Of a stretch of DNA of 64,000 nucleotides, positions 1 to 8,850 are shown piece by piece. Both the position numbers and the translations under genes were made by a program. The notes beneath the pieces are model-generated. The model had not been told where the DNA came from. It saw only the letters and a program-made list of their open reading frames with translations, and ran no database searches. Numbering within the stretch: position 1 is the stretch's first letter; each line of letters begins with the position of its first letter. Source of the DNA: Candidatus Latescibacterota bacterium (GTDB lineage Bacteria; Latescibacterota; UBA2968; SICM01); NCBI GenBank assembly GCA_965217865.1, contig CBDCJO010000002.1, forward strand, positions 2,752,001 to 2,816,000, read 5' to 3'.

Positions 1-1143
1 CAAGCATCTGAAAACAGCCGTAAGGAGCCACAAATAAACGCAAAGCCCGATCAATCCAAACTCTGCGGCAATCCAAAGAAAGTCGTTGTGAGGCCTTCTG
101 GGAGTCCCGTACGGTTCGATCGTGGCCCCCCCGTCATACAAAGGATAAACCCGCTTCCAACCCCCAGGCCCCACCCCCAACAACGGATTTTCTGCCACCA
201 TGGAAAGAGTACTGCGCCACATCGCCAGCCGTTCCCGGTGAGATCGATCGTGGTAAACTTCCAGATCACCCCCAAAGACCGACGCTGCCGTCGTCAGGAT
301 GTCCGCCTTCGTCTCTGTGAGATAGGGACTCCGCGATCTATGTGATGAGGGATCCGCAGGAAGGACTGACAGGGCCGCGAACAGGATCAAAGCCCCCCCC
401 GCCAACCATCTCTTACCCCTCAAACCAGCCCTCAAGGCTTCCATCACCGGACGCCAAAGACCCGGCCAGATCGCCACGAAGACTGCCACAAGCAAAAGGG
501 CGCCGGTCATTCCAACCCACGCACCCCTTGCGCGGGTATAGATCAGGTAAACCCCCATCAAGGTCGTTGAAAGACCGGATATGACGAGGACGATCCGCCG
601 GTTAGACGTAAAGAAAAGAAACCCTGAAAGCGGAATGGCGCAGACCAGATAATCAGCCGCAAGGTGGCGCTGGGGAGAGCTGCAAGAAGGGATGTCCAGG
701 AAGGCCAGGCCGTGAAACTGCAAAATCCCGATCACGGCGACGACAAGTCCCGTGACAGAGCTGGTCAAGAGGATGGGGCGAATCTGTTCCGGGGAGAGGG
801 TATTGGCCACCACGAAGAACAGGACGAATAAGGCGGCCAGGTTTACGACTTCGACCAGAGTATCCAATGGGTGGGTGGTCGACGGAGCGGAGAGCAGGGC
901 GGCGCAAAGAAAACCGAGCGCTGGTATCAGAAGAGGATTGAAGGAGACGCGGAAGTTGCGGCCCCACCTGGTCTGGATGATCCAGCCCAGGCCGGCCATG
1001 GCGATAGAGAGATGTAGGCTGAAAAACTTTGGGGAAAAAGCTGGTTCGTAAATCCCCCTAGGTAGGACAAGGGGGACGGCACAGACCATAAGACAGAGGG
1101 CACCCACGATAAGACGTGCGCCGATTGAAGAGACGTGGACCAT
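1..1143 (-). CDS. O-antigen ligase (Wzy_C)-like membrane protein, 3' end off window; paralog of 8851..11211
   Basis: Manual translation from ATG 1143 (MVHVSSIGARLIVGALCLMV...LIYTRARGAW...NPLLGVGPGGWKRVYP...RPHNDFLWIAAEFGLIG) is open to position 1 and aligns motif by motif with 8851..11211. Absent from the ORF track because its stop lies outside the window. Confidence 0.85.
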   Translation of the reverse strand, partial: MVHVSSIGARLIVGALCLMVCAVPLVLPRGIYEPAFSPKFFSLHLSIAMAGLGWIIQTRWGRNFRVSFNPLLIPALGFLCAALLSAPSTTHPLDTLVEVVNLAALFVLFFVVANTLSPEQIRPILLTSSVTGLVVAVIGILQFHGLAFLDIPSCSSPQRHLAADYLVCAIPLSGFLFFTSNRRIVLVISGLSTTLMGVYLIYTRARGAWVGMTGALLLVAVFVAIWPGLWRPVMEALRAGLRGKRWLAGGALILFAALSVLPADPSSHRSRSPYLTETKADILTTAASVFGGDLEVYHDRSHRERLAMWRSTLSMVAENPLLGVGPGGWKRVYPLYDGGATIEPYGTPRRPHNDFLWIAAEFGLIGLCVYLWLLTAVFRCL

Positions 1144-1200
1144 CGGAAAGGTCTGTTACTCCAAACACCCGTCGTGTGGGGATTGGCATTTGGTTCTAGG

Positions 1201-1461
1201 TCAGGGTGTTCCTATCCCGTTGACCAGTCGCGTTAGACGAGACTTGTAACGGGCTGCGGTGTTGGCGTGGATGACCCCTTTTTGTGCAGTCCTGTCGATC
1301 ACGGGGATTGCGGCCTTCAGGGCTTCTTGAGCGGATCCCGGGTCGGGGGCCGTCCGCACCTTCTTAATCGCGGTCCGCAGAGTAGACCTCAACGCGACAT
1401 TCCGGAGACGAGCTTTCTGCGAAGTCCGGATTCGCTTTCGCGAGGATTTGAGATGGGCCAA
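1201..1461 (-). CDS. rpsT: 30S ribosomal protein S20
   Basis: MAHLKSSRKRIRTSQKARLRN...KGVIHANTAARYKSRL is the S20 signature. Confidence 0.97.
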   Translation of the reverse strand: MAHLKSSRKRIRTSQKARLRNVALRSTLRTAIKKVRTAPDPGSAQEALKAAIPVIDRTAQKGVIHANTAARYKSRLTRLVNGIGTP

Positions 1462-1615
1462 ACAAACCTCCTCAGGAAATTAAACGATAAGATTGTCTCA
1501 ACTCGGCAAGAATTTCCACATTCACACCCTTAAAAGGGACATCCGCGTGACACACATGGTCCAAAATATTTGAAACAAATTAACCATTACCACTATATAT
1601 GACATGGTTTTACTT

Positions 1616-1631
1616 TGGCACAGAGATTGCC
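1616..1631 (+). promoter_or_regulatory. Sigma-54 (-24/-12) promoter candidate
   Basis: TGGCACAGAGATTGC has exact GG-N10-GC spacing, follows an AT-rich tract and lies upstream of the 1868 gene. Confidence 0.6.
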
Positions 1632-1867
1632 TCTGCTTTTTTCCAATCCTCTTAAGGAGCAAAACCTAAATCTATCATACCTGCGAAATTGATCTGGGTT
1701 TGTCGGCTTGTGACAGGCCTGTTTCTAAGGCCTATGGGACACAATTACACCAACATATGAAACATTGAAACTTATGGGCTTTCAACTCCGAAGTCAAGGG
1801 AAAAGACTCCCTTGGCTGCTCTTCGCTGTTTCCTCAACGGTTCAACCTCAAGAAAGAGAGAAAAACC

Positions 1868-2747
1868 ATGAAACCTCGATACCTGGTTAGCCTTCTTGCA
1901 GGAATTTGCCTGGTCTGCGGCGTCGGACGCTCCGCGTGGGCGGCCTCGGCCGTTACGTTGCCCGACGAGTTTCCAAACGGAGCCACGGAAACGCCCGACA
2001 AGAGCATTCACACGCGATTGGAAGCGTATGACTGTTGGGATGCAATTCAACCTGGGGAGTTCGTTTCGTCTCGAGGCCGGACTGGAGAGAGGTTTGTCCG
2101 ATGATTTGCCTGAGCTGACCGGGTTGGTAGGCATTCGGATCGTGGGCCGGGGTGGAAAAAAAGCCAGAAAGCTAGAGATGGAGCGTGAGAAGATCGCCAC
2201 GGAGGAGCTGGGTGGCGTCAAGGAGGGGGAAACCGTGCAGGTGGCCGTGGCGAACTTCGCCGGACTTGAGGATCAACGCGCAGGAAAGAAGGTCGGCGAG
2301 CACATCCGATCCGTCCTCTCCTCTTACAACAAGGTGCGCATCGTGGCCTTACGAGAAGATCCCGTGTTCCTGGATCTGGATGGAGCGCTCGAATTAGCAA
2401 AAGCCAGCGGGGCTGACCTGGTCATCACAGGGAGAATACTCAAATACAACATGGTCCGAATGCCAAGCGCACAGGTCCCCCTCATCGTCGGGTTTCCCAA
2501 GACCGTTTCGGAAGTGGAGGCGGATATTCGAGTCGTCGAACCCAAAAAGGGAGCGATGGTGCTTTCCGGAAGGTTGAACGGGCGGGGGGAGCAGCGACAG
2601 GGTATCCGGTTGCTGCCCACCAGCAGCGACGACCAGATGACCTATCTTGGAGCCCGGGAGAAGGAGCAGCTGAGAGATAAGGCCGTTCGAAATCTGGTGA
2701 CGCATCTGATCGCCGCGATGAGAACAAATTTCAAGTGGATGAGATAA
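1868..2747 (+). pseudogene. Secreted protein with CsgG/LpoB-like C-terminal domain, disrupted near 2015
   Basis: A signal-peptide ORF (MKPRYLVSLLAGICLVCG...AWA) starts at 1868. Protein-like sequence continues in another frame (DWKRMTVG...VAVANF...GADLVITGRI...EADIRVVE). Confidence 0.55.
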
Positions 2748-2787
2748 TCAGCTGAAAAAACAGGATCTTATAGACCTCTATTTCACT

Positions 2788-3687
2788 ATGAAACTTGCAA
2801 AGGCTTTGGTTATTGCTTATACTCAGCTTAAACGCTGGGCTCGAATCAGACGAATCTATTTCGTAGGAACTTACCTTGTAATAGCCGTGTGCCTTCCCCT
2901 GGCATTATGGATGGGTTGCGGGTCAGGTCCTTTCCAGATCTCAGGTCCCTCGTCCGATGATGAACCGGTCGGTTTTGCCCTCGTCTCGGCCGATGTCCCG
3001 CTCTACATTCGGGGAGTCATTCAAAGGGTCAACGTCGACATAACCACGGCGGACACAAGCCGAATGGCGCCCATCCTCCGTGAGATGAATTTCCCGATTC
3101 CAGGCGGAAGCCTCGCAGCTGGCGAAGTGACCGACATTTCGGTGGGGCTGAGGTTGTTCTCGGTTTCGGCCTTTGATACGCAGGAGGCCCTCCGTTTCCA
3201 AGGTTCTGTCATCGATAGCATAAGGCCCGGGCAGGCAACCACGGTGTCGGTTCCGTTGAATCGCATCGGAGGCACGCTTCGATTTACGGTTTCCCTCAGC
3301 AGGGTCGACATCAGCGACTCTCTGGCGGTGATACTTGAGGGGACATCGGTTCTGGATATCGTCGAATTAGGAGCAAAATCGGATATGCCCAGACTTGCCC
3401 TGGCCTCCACCCCGATCGTCAGTTTTACCCGGGATGGGAGTGTCTTTAGCCGGCAGATTACGATTTCTCAGGTGCCCACAGGACAACGACTATTTGCAGG
3501 CAACCTTCGCGACCTAAGCCTGGGAAGCCGTTTCCTGTCCTTCACAGATACGGTCTCCGCAACCGTGGACACGGAAGGGGTCATCGACGTGAAATTCTCC
3601 ATGCAGCGGGTGGATCGTCTGCTGAGCGACCTCGAATTTGTCTTACCCTCGGACAGCACAATCGTCGTCATCTCTCCTAACTTTTGA
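2788..3687 (+). CDS. Hypothetical beta-rich lipoprotein
   Basis: 299 aa ORF with a hydrophobic stretch ending LALWMGC (lipobox-like). The true start may be downstream. Confidence 0.65.
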   Translation: MKLAKALVIAYTQLKRWARIRRIYFVGTYLVIAVCLPLALWMGCGSGPFQISGPSSDDEPVGFALVSADVPLYIRGVIQRVNVDITTADTSRMAPILREMNFPIPGGSLAAGEVTDISVGLRLFSVSAFDTQEALRFQGSVIDSIRPGQATTVSVPLNRIGGTLRFTVSLSRVDISDSLAVILEGTSVLDIVELGAKSDMPRLALASTPIVSFTRDGSVFSRQITISQVPTGQRLFAGNLRDLSLGSRFLSFTDTVSATVDTEGVIDVKFSMQRVDRLLSDLEFVLPSDSTIVVISPNF

Positions 3688-3735
3688 TCTGTATTCCCAA
3701 AACACGAAAGACGGTTAAGATAGGGTGTTACCCAA

Positions 3736-4314
3736 ATGTCCTCTCGATCCCGTAAAAGGTTAATCCGGACCCCGCCCGATTCTCCTCAGATCGTCCTCCC
3801 GTTTCCCGACACGGATCCCCAGCACCCGAAAGGCTCCGGCCAGGCCGTCTGCTTCTACTGCGGCAGATTATTTCAGGCTCCCGTGTGGGTTTCACGTGAA
3901 CGGCTTCAGGTTGTTTTCTGTGGCCAGGCATGCCGAAAGGCGTGGGAGGAGGTCCCCGATGAAGACGTTCTAAGGCTCGGCGGTCGACCTGAACATCGAG
4001 GAGGAGACTGGGAGATTTGGGCAAAGAATGCCCGTGAACGGGATGGGTTTTCCTGTCGGGGTTGCGGAGCAGTAGAGGAGGTCCTTGGAAAGAAACTTCA
4101 CGTTCACCACATCGTTCCCTACCGGCTCTTTCCGCTGGGACGTGAAGCCAATCGCCTTGACAACCTGATCTCATTGTGCCCCGCCTGTCACGCCCGCACG
4201 GAGGCCGAAGGTTTGGATGCGCTCCCCCTTTTCAGTAAGATTCGCCGTCAATCCGGGTTGGAGATACGAATTGAACAGGTTGACCCGAATCCGGAACCAC
4301 CTCCCGGGGATTAG
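3736..4314 (+). CDS. HNH endonuclease with N-terminal zinc finger
   Basis: CFYC...FCGQAC zinc finger, then RERDGFSCRGCG...LHVHHIVP...NRLDNLISLCPACHARTE HNH core. Confidence 0.88.
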   Translation: MSSRSRKRLIRTPPDSPQIVLPFPDTDPQHPKGSGQAVCFYCGRLFQAPVWVSRERLQVVFCGQACRKAWEEVPDEDVLRLGGRPEHRGGDWEIWAKNARERDGFSCRGCGAVEEVLGKKLHVHHIVPYRLFPLGREANRLDNLISLCPACHARTEAEGLDALPLFSKIRRQSGLEIRIEQVDPNPEPPPGD

Positions 4315-4564
4315 GGGCTGTCTCCAAGCAGATCACTTCCACACGTTATGAATATGGCCAGGCTTTTCCCCTCCCTATGGAGGGGTTATTCTTATCCATA
4401 ACACGATATCGACCGACCGGTTGGGGCTGGAAATCTCACTTGATTTCATTCAATAAAATTGATATTATTCGTTTAATTGTGAATTTTTTCCAAACCGTTT
4501 GGGAGCATTCCCCTTCGGCGGATTTTACCGTTACCCCGAAATCGAAAAAGAAGAGCGTCCAACG

Positions 4565-5326
4565 ATGAACAAAGACCTCGGTCCGATCTTGGAAGACTGG
4601 GAATATCACCCGGATGAGGTTTCGGTGCGGAAGATCGTCGGGCTTGACGGGAAAGAGAAGATCCAGCTCCGTTTGGAACTCGGGTTGTATCAGATGGAAA
4701 CCACCGGCAGACCCGACGGCTCCCGGCCTCACGGCAAAAACTCTCTCCTGGATTACTACTTATCGGTTTTGGAAAACCCCCGTCAAAAATACGGATCCAA
4801 TGAACAATTCAAGTTAAGCAGCGAGGACTGCGGTAATCTCCGCATGGAATCCCTGCAATATTACCATCGGCGCATCAGTTTTTTCGAACTGGCAGAATAT
4901 GCGGCTGCGGAGAAGGATGCGGAACATAATCTTCAGATCATGGACCTTCTCAAGCAATATGCCGAAAACGAAGCGGATCGAATGCATTCTGAACAGTTTC
5001 GCGCGTTCGTGCTAATGCATTCCACTAAAGCTCGTGTACACCAGAGCCTGGATCGAAAGGACTACCAATTGGCCATATCCCAAATCGACGAGGGAATCGA
5101 ACATATCGAGATTTTTTTCAAAGAGTACGGCCGGATGGACCTGATCGAGAAAGCCATGGAAATCGCGTTTCTGCGAAATTGGCGGGATGAAATCGTCAAG
5201 GACCGCCCATTGAGCGAACCCGAACGTATCGAACAACAGCTTCAAGAGGCCGTCGAACGGGAGAATTTCGAACGGGCGGCCAAGTTACGGGACCGCTTGC
5301 GAGAGCTTCGCCCAAAGGGACATTGA
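4565..5326 (+). CDS. UvrB/UvrC (UVR) motif-containing protein, paralog 1
   Basis: GRPDGxRPHG motif and a C-terminal UVR motif LQEAVERENFERAAKLRDRL. Confidence 0.85.
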   Translation: MNKDLGPILEDWEYHPDEVSVRKIVGLDGKEKIQLRLELGLYQMETTGRPDGSRPHGKNSLLDYYLSVLENPRQKYGSNEQFKLSSEDCGNLRMESLQYYHRRISFFELAEYAAAEKDAEHNLQIMDLLKQYAENEADRMHSEQFRAFVLMHSTKARVHQSLDRKDYQLAISQIDEGIEHIEIFFKEYGRMDLIEKAMEIAFLRNWRDEIVKDRPLSEPERIEQQLQEAVERENFERAAKLRDRLRELRPKGH

Positions 5327-5404
5327 CAAAAACTCGAGTAGCGTCTGATCCGGAGTGCGTTTTTCCGGACTTCTCCATGGATAATCATTGAGTGGAGCTG
5401 TCAA

Positions 5405-8400
5405 ATGTCGAAACACAAAATGATATGGATCGGCATAATGTCTTGGGGTTTGATGGCCTTCCTTCCCCGCGGGACATTCGCACAGTACACTGTGTTCGGC
5501 AAGAATAAGGTGAACTATGTGAACTATGATTGGCAATACATTCAATGCACCCATTTCGACGTCTATTTTTCAAAAGGTTCCTACGGCCTGGCGGAGTTCA
5601 CGGCCAAAGAGGCCGAAAGAGCCCTTATCCGGATCCAGCAGGATCTCCAGTATATACTCCACAACCGCGTACCGCTGGTCATCTACAATTCCCACAACGG
5701 GTTTGCCCAGACCAACATCACGCTTGGGGATCTCCCCGAAGGGATCGGAGGATTCACCGAATTCGCTCAAAACCGTGTCGTAATCCCTTACCAGGGTTCA
5801 TACGACCAGTTCCGACACGTGATTCACCACGAACTGGTCCACGCGGTTACCATCGAGCAACTGACCGGTGGCAATGGGTTGTCTGCTCTGGTGTCGCAGG
5901 CCGCGACCCTGCCCCCCCTCTGGATCGCAGAGGGAATGGCCGAGTATCTTTCGTTGGGATGGGATAAACAGACGGATAACATGATGCGGGATGCCACGAT
6001 TACGGGCTACGTCCCCCCCATCGCGCAGATTTTCGGGGGTTTGTTCGCCTATAAAGGGGGCCAGTCGATCTTCAAGATGATCGAGGAGAAGTATGGGAAG
6101 AAGAAAATCGCGGAGTTCGAGGCGGCCCTTAAGACGGCCAGGATGCCGGACAAGGCCCTGAAGGCCAGCCTGGGGATCGACACGGAGAAGCTCTCGGAGG
6201 ATTGGCACCTCTGGCTGAAGCGGCGTTACTGGAACGACATCAACCTGCGCGACACCCCCGAAGAGGCGGCCGTCAAACTGACCGATCGGAGGTACGACCA
6301 TTCGTTTTACAACCTTGCCCCTGCGATCTCGCCGCAGGGGGACAAGATCGCTTTTCTGACGGACCGGCGGACATACACGGATATCTATCTGATGTCGGCC
6401 ATCGACGGGAAGATCCTGAAGCGTCTGGTGGACGGGGAGAAGTCCTCCAAATTCGAGACGATGTTCCTGCTCAGCCCGGGGATCACCTGGTCTCCCGACG
6501 GCAAGGAGATCGCCTTTATCGCCAAGGCCGGGGACCGCAACGCCCTCTACACGCTCAACGTACGGAAGACGAAGTTGACCCGGAAGGTGAAGTTCGACCT
6601 GGACGGGATGTTCAAGCCCTCCTGGTCCCCGGATGGCAAGCGGATGGTGGTGGTGGGGCTGAAGTCTGGCGTTTCGGACCTCTACATGATAGGCCTGGAG
6701 GATCGGTCCATCCGCCGGATCACGGCGGACCCCTACGAGGAGACCGACCCGGAGTGGTCGCCAGACGGCGAATGGATCGCATTCTCATCGGACCGGCCCG
6801 ATGCGACGGTGACGTTCGAGGGGGACCGGGATTTTCCGTTCGGGCAGTACGATGTATTCGTCATGCGGCCCGACGGGCAGGAGATGCGACGGATCACGAA
6901 CGATCTCTCCCTGGACAGCAAGCCGAGCTGGTCGCCTGACGGCAACCGGATCGCTTTCATCTCGGACCGATCAGGGGTGGGCAACATCTACATCGCCGAG
7001 TTGGACAGCCTGGTTGGCAAGCCCGCAAGATACTATCCGACAAAGGACTCCACGCTGCTGGCCGAACAGGTGGACACGATGATGCTCCCCATTGCATATC
7101 CGATCACCAACCTGTTGGCCTCCTGCGAGGACATTCACTGGTCTGCAGACGGGAAAAAGATTGCCTTCTCCGCCTTCCACAAGGCGGGATACGACATCTA
7201 TGCCATGAAGGATCCTCTGGAACACCGAATGACGGACGACGATATTCCACCCACGATCTTTGCAACCCGCCTGACCCGGAGGGATGCGACCAAAGAAGCC
7301 CCTGCAGGGGACTCGGAAGAAGAAACAGACCCATTTTCAACCCGTTCGGACTCAGCGAACATTAGAGAAGAATCCTCCGGTGATCCGGTGGCACAGAGGC
7401 CTGATGAGAGTCCCGAAGGGGATACGGGTGATGAAGTGTGGACCATCGAGGAGGAGGGGTTTGCATCGGCGAAGTCATCCGTTCCAGAGGCGCCGAAAGA
7501 CCAGGGAGAACCGAAAGAGCAGGAGGAGCCCGAGGCTCAGCAGGTGGAATGGTTGGGCCTGCCCGAAAAGAAATTCGAGGTACACAACTACAAGTTAAAA
7601 TTTAAGCCCGAACTGTTCGCCGCCAACGCCGGTTTCGACACCTTCTACGGCGTTAGCGGACTGGCGCAGCTCTCCCTCACCGACATGATGGGCAACCATC
7701 GTGCAATTTTCGCGACAAGCCTTAACTTCTCGTTGCGGGACAGCGACTTTTTCGGTTCTTACGCCTACCTCAAGCGGAGAACCCAATACGCCGGTCTGCT
7801 CTATCACACCCGTTATTTTTTCTTCACGCAGACCCAGCTGGCGGCTGATCGGATCTACGGGTTCGACCTTCTTTTGGAGCGGCCTTTCAATAGGTTCTCC
7901 CGGCTCGAGTTGAGCAACAGGTTCGTGAACATCAGCCGGGAGATCATAGATGATCGCCAGACCAGCCCGTTCGTCCGCGGGGGCTTCTTCGCGGGCACGA
8001 CACGGGGGCTGAGAGGCCAGACCCTTTCTACACGTCGGGCATATACCACCGCGGCTTCTCTGGTCCAAGACAACACCCTGATGGGATTCTTCGGTCCGGT
8101 CGACGGCTCACGGTCCCGTCTTGCGTTTGAGCGGAGCTGGACAGGTCTGACTTTCAACACAGTGGAACTGGACACCAGACACTATTTTCGTTTCCTGAGC
8201 GATTACACCTTTGCCCTTCGTCTGGCCGGCGGCAGCAGTTACGGGAAGAACAGACAGATCTTCTTCCTGGGTGGTGTAAACAACGAGATCAATCCTATCC
8301 TATCGACAAACAGCCCCCTGAACGACCTGGATTCAGACGAGGTCTTCTTTTCCAAGTTTGTCTGGCCCCTGCGGGGGCTGGGCCTGTTCGAGCAGGCCGG

Positions 8401-8752
8401 GGACACGTATCTGCTCGGCAACGTGGAGTTCCGGTTCCCGATCATCCGGCAACTCGCCCTGGGCTGGCCCCTCCCATTCCTCTTCCAGAACGTGGAGGGA
8501 AGCCTCTTTCTCGACATCGGAGGCGCGTTCGATCGGGACAATTTCGATCCGTGGGATATCCGGGATGGAGGGATTGTCTTAAACGGATTTGAGCCGACAA
8601 AACAGGGCGGTTTTGCTGCCGGTTACGGTCTGGGTATACGCCTCAACTTGGGGATCTTCCTCTTCCGTTACGATCTGGCGTGGCCTACCGACATGGCACA
8701 GACATTTAGCCCGAAACACTACTACTCGGCCGATATCCAGGGACTATTCTAG
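5405..8752 (+). CDS. Peptidase MA (HExxH) + PD40/TolB-like propeller + Omp85/BamA-type barrel outer membrane protein
   Basis: Signal peptide, FGKNKVNY, HHELVH and WIAEGMAEY, repeated PSWSPDG units, PLRG...GNVEFRFP barrel motif, terminal Phe. Confidence 0.9.
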   Translation: MSKHKMIWIGIMSWGLMAFLPRGTFAQYTVFGKNKVNYVNYDWQYIQCTHFDVYFSKGSYGLAEFTAKEAERALIRIQQDLQYILHNRVPLVIYNSHNGFAQTNITLGDLPEGIGGFTEFAQNRVVIPYQGSYDQFRHVIHHELVHAVTIEQLTGGNGLSALVSQAATLPPLWIAEGMAEYLSLGWDKQTDNMMRDATITGYVPPIAQIFGGLFAYKGGQSIFKMIEEKYGKKKIAEFEAALKTARMPDKALKASLGIDTEKLSEDWHLWLKRRYWNDINLRDTPEEAAVKLTDRRYDHSFYNLAPAISPQGDKIAFLTDRRTYTDIYLMSAIDGKILKRLVDGEKSSKFETMFLLSPGITWSPDGKEIAFIAKAGDRNALYTLNVRKTKLTRKVKFDLDGMFKPSWSPDGKRMVVVGLKSGVSDLYMIGLEDRSIRRITADPYEETDPEWSPDGEWIAFSSDRPDATVTFEGDRDFPFGQYDVFVMRPDGQEMRRITNDLSLDSKPSWSPDGNRIAFISDRSGVGNIYIAELDSLVGKPARYYPTKDSTLLAEQVDTMMLPIAYPITNLLASCEDIHWSADGKKIAFSAFHKAGYDIYAMKDPLEHRMTDDDIPPTIFATRLTRRDATKEAPAGDSEEETDPFSTRSDSANIREESSGDPVAQRPDESPEGDTGDEVWTIEEEGFASAKSSVPEAPKDQGEPKEQEEPEAQQVEWLGLPEKKFEVHNYKLKFKPELFAANAGFDTFYGVSGLAQLSLTDMMGNHRAIFATSLNFSLRDSDFFGSYAYLKRRTQYAGLLYHTRYFFFTQTQLAADRIYGFDLLLERPFNRFSRLELSNRFVNISREIIDDRQTSPFVRGGFFAGTTRGLRGQTLSTRRAYTTAASLVQDNTLMGFFGPVDGSRSRLAFERSWTGLTFNTVELDTRHYFRFLSDYTFALRLAGGSSYGKNRQIFFLGGVNNEINPILSTNSPLNDLDSDEVFFSKFVWPLRGLGLFEQAGDTYLLGNVEFRFPIIRQLALGWPLPFLFQNVEGSLFLDIGGAFDRDNFDPWDIRDGGIVLNGFEPTKQGGFAAGYGLGIRLNLGIFLFRYDLAWPTDMAQTFSPKHYYSADIQGLF

Positions 8753-8788
8753 GAAGGAAACCGGATCTGCCGAACAACGCTTGCTGGA

Positions 8789-8824
8789 TAATAGGCGGTT
8801 CAGACCCATCTGAACCGCCTATTA
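8789..8824. terminator. Bidirectional terminator hairpin between convergent genes
   Basis: TAATAGGCGGTTCAGA-CCCA-TCTGAACCGCCTATTA, a perfect 16-bp stem. Confidence 0.75.
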
Positions 8825-8850
8825 CTTTTCAATATCCCTTGGTACTCAGC

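Noticed and set aside
3736-4314. HNH gene as part of a defence or mobile system
   Set aside because: It is a solitary gene with no methyltransferase, intron, repeats or other defence neighbours.
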